The notes under the pieces: generated by a model
What the model was told of the DNA's origin: nothing
The model's database searches: none
The model's input: the letters and a program-made list of their open reading frames with translations, nothing else
Assembly (NCBI GenBank): GCA_051362555.1
Contig: JBPQGU010000016.1
Coordinates: 3,720,001-3,784,000 of the forward strand
Reading direction: 5' to 3'
DNA length: 64,000 nt
DNA from: Lingula anatina
Lineage: Eukaryota > Animalia > Brachiopoda
Part shown: positions 62,605-64,000 of the stretch, piece after piece
Position numbering within the stretch: position 1 is the stretch's first letter
Layout: each line of letters begins with the position of its first letter
Position numbers and translations under genes: made by a program

Positions 62605-64000
62605 ATGGTAGCTATAGTAATTTGGATGCTTCTCATACCTGTCGAGGCACAGTCCTCGGGCTATGAACAGCGGGTAAACTATGGACTCTCGTTTAGAGAG
62701 GAAGGCACTGTTGTATTAGCACCCAATGAATGGTTACATTCTTTTGTTATGACATTACCGACTATCCCTGAAACTCCAACTACATCCGTTGCTTGCAGCA
62801 GAGGACTAAAAGAGTCCAGTTGCAAGGTAATTCAAAATGCAATAGGTGAAGCTAACAGTATCTTAGCAAGTTCAGTTCAAGAGCTCAATTCAATTCATAA
62901 CAGAATCAAATCTATATTGTCCATCAAATCTACCAGTAGATCCAAACGTTCCCTGCTCCCTTTTCTCGGCAAAGCGGCACATAGCATCTTTGGTGTAGCC
63001 ACAGACGAACAGTTAAATAAAGTCATAAATCATGTTAATGCAATTCAGAAACGTCAGCAAAAAGCACTAGCAGCATTTACTCAAATCTCGAATCAATTTG
63101 GCTCAATTCATGATGGTCAGTCTCAGAAACTTAGCAATCTAGCCAGTGCAATCGCAAATAATCATGATTTTGGTATCAGACTAGGGGGTGACATAACGTT
63201 AATAGAAAAAGAAATTGAAATTCTAATGAAGATCACAACCAAACTCATGAAACAGTACAACCTAGCTGCCAAACTAAAGTTAGAAGTCGACAATTATTTA
63301 ATTGGTGTTAATGAATTAGTTTTTGGTAAACTATCCCCCCTAATCATTCCTCCCCACACCCTTTTCCACTCCCTTCAACAAATCAAACATCATCTCGCAA
63401 TAACTGATAAATCTTTTCAACTTGCTACAGATGATCTAGATTACTTTTACAACTTTGGAAAAGTAGCAGCTTACTACCTCAATACTTCTATTGTTATCAC
63501 TCTCAAAGTCCCAGTAACCCCAATTCCACAGAAGTTCCAACTCTACAAAGTGACACACTTCCCTATCCCCATTAACCGTACCAGCAGCCATGTCACCACC
63601 CTCCCAGATGTCCCAAAATATATCGCAAAATCTTTTCATAATAGGCAGTACTTCCTTTTTTCAGAAAATGATGTAAATAAGTGTGATGGTCACATTACTC
63701 AAATTTGCCACTCAAAGAACGTACAAATCCTCTCTGGAGATAATTGTTTCATTTCCATTTTAGAAAATGATAGAGCAAACATTAAACAATTGTGCAATTT
63801 CAAATTTTTACCAGAAGCTATCACCTCTCAAATTCATCAAATTTCAGACCAACAAATTCTGCTTACCAAAGTGCTAAATTATACCATTCAATGCGGTTCT
63901 AAACAACACTTTAAGTCTGGTTGTCACTTTTGTGTCCACAACACTCCGTGTGGATGTAACATTCTACACAACAACCTCTTCCTTCCATCATCTGCAATCT
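62605..64000 (+). CDS. env: Envelope fusion glycoprotein, F-type class I (baculovirus F / gypsy Env-like), partial
   Basis: Hand translation is open to the window end: MVAIVIWMLLIPVEA|QSSG signal peptide, RSKR (62938-62949), SLLPFLGKAAHSIFGVATDEQ, heptad-like helix, GKLSPLII, ITLKVP...FQLYKVTHFPIP, Cys-rich region, NxS/T sites. Confidence 0.9.
   Translation, partial: MVAIVIWMLLIPVEAQSSGYEQRVNYGLSFREEGTVVLAPNEWLHSFVMTLPTIPETPTTSVACSRGLKESSCKVIQNAIGEANSILASSVQELNSIHNRIKSILSIKSTSRSKRSLLPFLGKAAHSIFGVATDEQLNKVINHVNAIQKRQQKALAAFTQISNQFGSIHDGQSQKLSNLASAIANNHDFGIRLGGDITLIEKEIEILMKITTKLMKQYNLAAKLKLEVDNYLIGVNELVFGKLSPLIIPPHTLFHSLQQIKHHLAITDKSFQLATDDLDYFYNFGKVAAYYLNTSIVITLKVPVTPIPQKFQLYKVTHFPIPINRTSSHVTTLPDVPKYIAKSFHNRQYFLFSENDVNKCDGHITQICHSKNVQILSGDNCFISILENDRANIKQLCNFKFLPEAITSQIHQISDQQILLTKVLNYTIQCGSKQHFKSGCHFCVHNTPCGCNILHNNLFLPSSAI

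Larger units (their letters stand above)
56169..64000 (+). mobile_element. Ty3/Gypsy LTR retroelement with env (errantivirus-like); 3' end outside the window
   Basis: LTR-PBS-gag-pol(PR-RT-RH-IN)-env order. The empty paralogous site lies at ~16028. Confidence 0.96.

Noticed and set aside
56889-63639. Antisense and alternate-frame ORFs overlapping gag, pol and env
   Set aside because: Short shadows of the coding strand with no recognisable motifs.

Overview
AT-rich eukaryotic DNA, probably from a marine invertebrate (inferred only from the transposon repertoire). It is almost entirely repeats and transposable elements, and I recognise no host gene. (1) A ~21.19-kb tandem segmental duplication: position 1 recurs at 21195. 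Each unit carries two decayed DIRS/Ngaro-type tyrosine-recombinase retrotransposons, a 2.9-kb non-autonomous DNA transposon (29-bp TIRs, 9-bp TSD), an intron-containing DDE transposase relic, LINE fragments, MITEs with 5-bp TSDs and a 34-bp minisatellite. (2) A ~362-bp satellite has ~5.4 monomers in the first unit and ~58.4 monomers (~21 kb) in the second. (3) From 56169 to the window end lies an apparently intact Ty3/Gypsy element: LTR, tRNA-Ala-like PBS, gag and pol in one frame separated by a single UAG, a chromodomain-like integrase tail, and an F-type env ORF (signal peptide, RSKR furin site, fusion peptide). The env ORF is missing from the ORF track because it runs off the window. This env-bearing, errantivirus-like element is the most interesting item. 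The many short ORFs in the satellite and minisatellite are not considered genes. No database searches were possible; family names come from motif recognition by eye.
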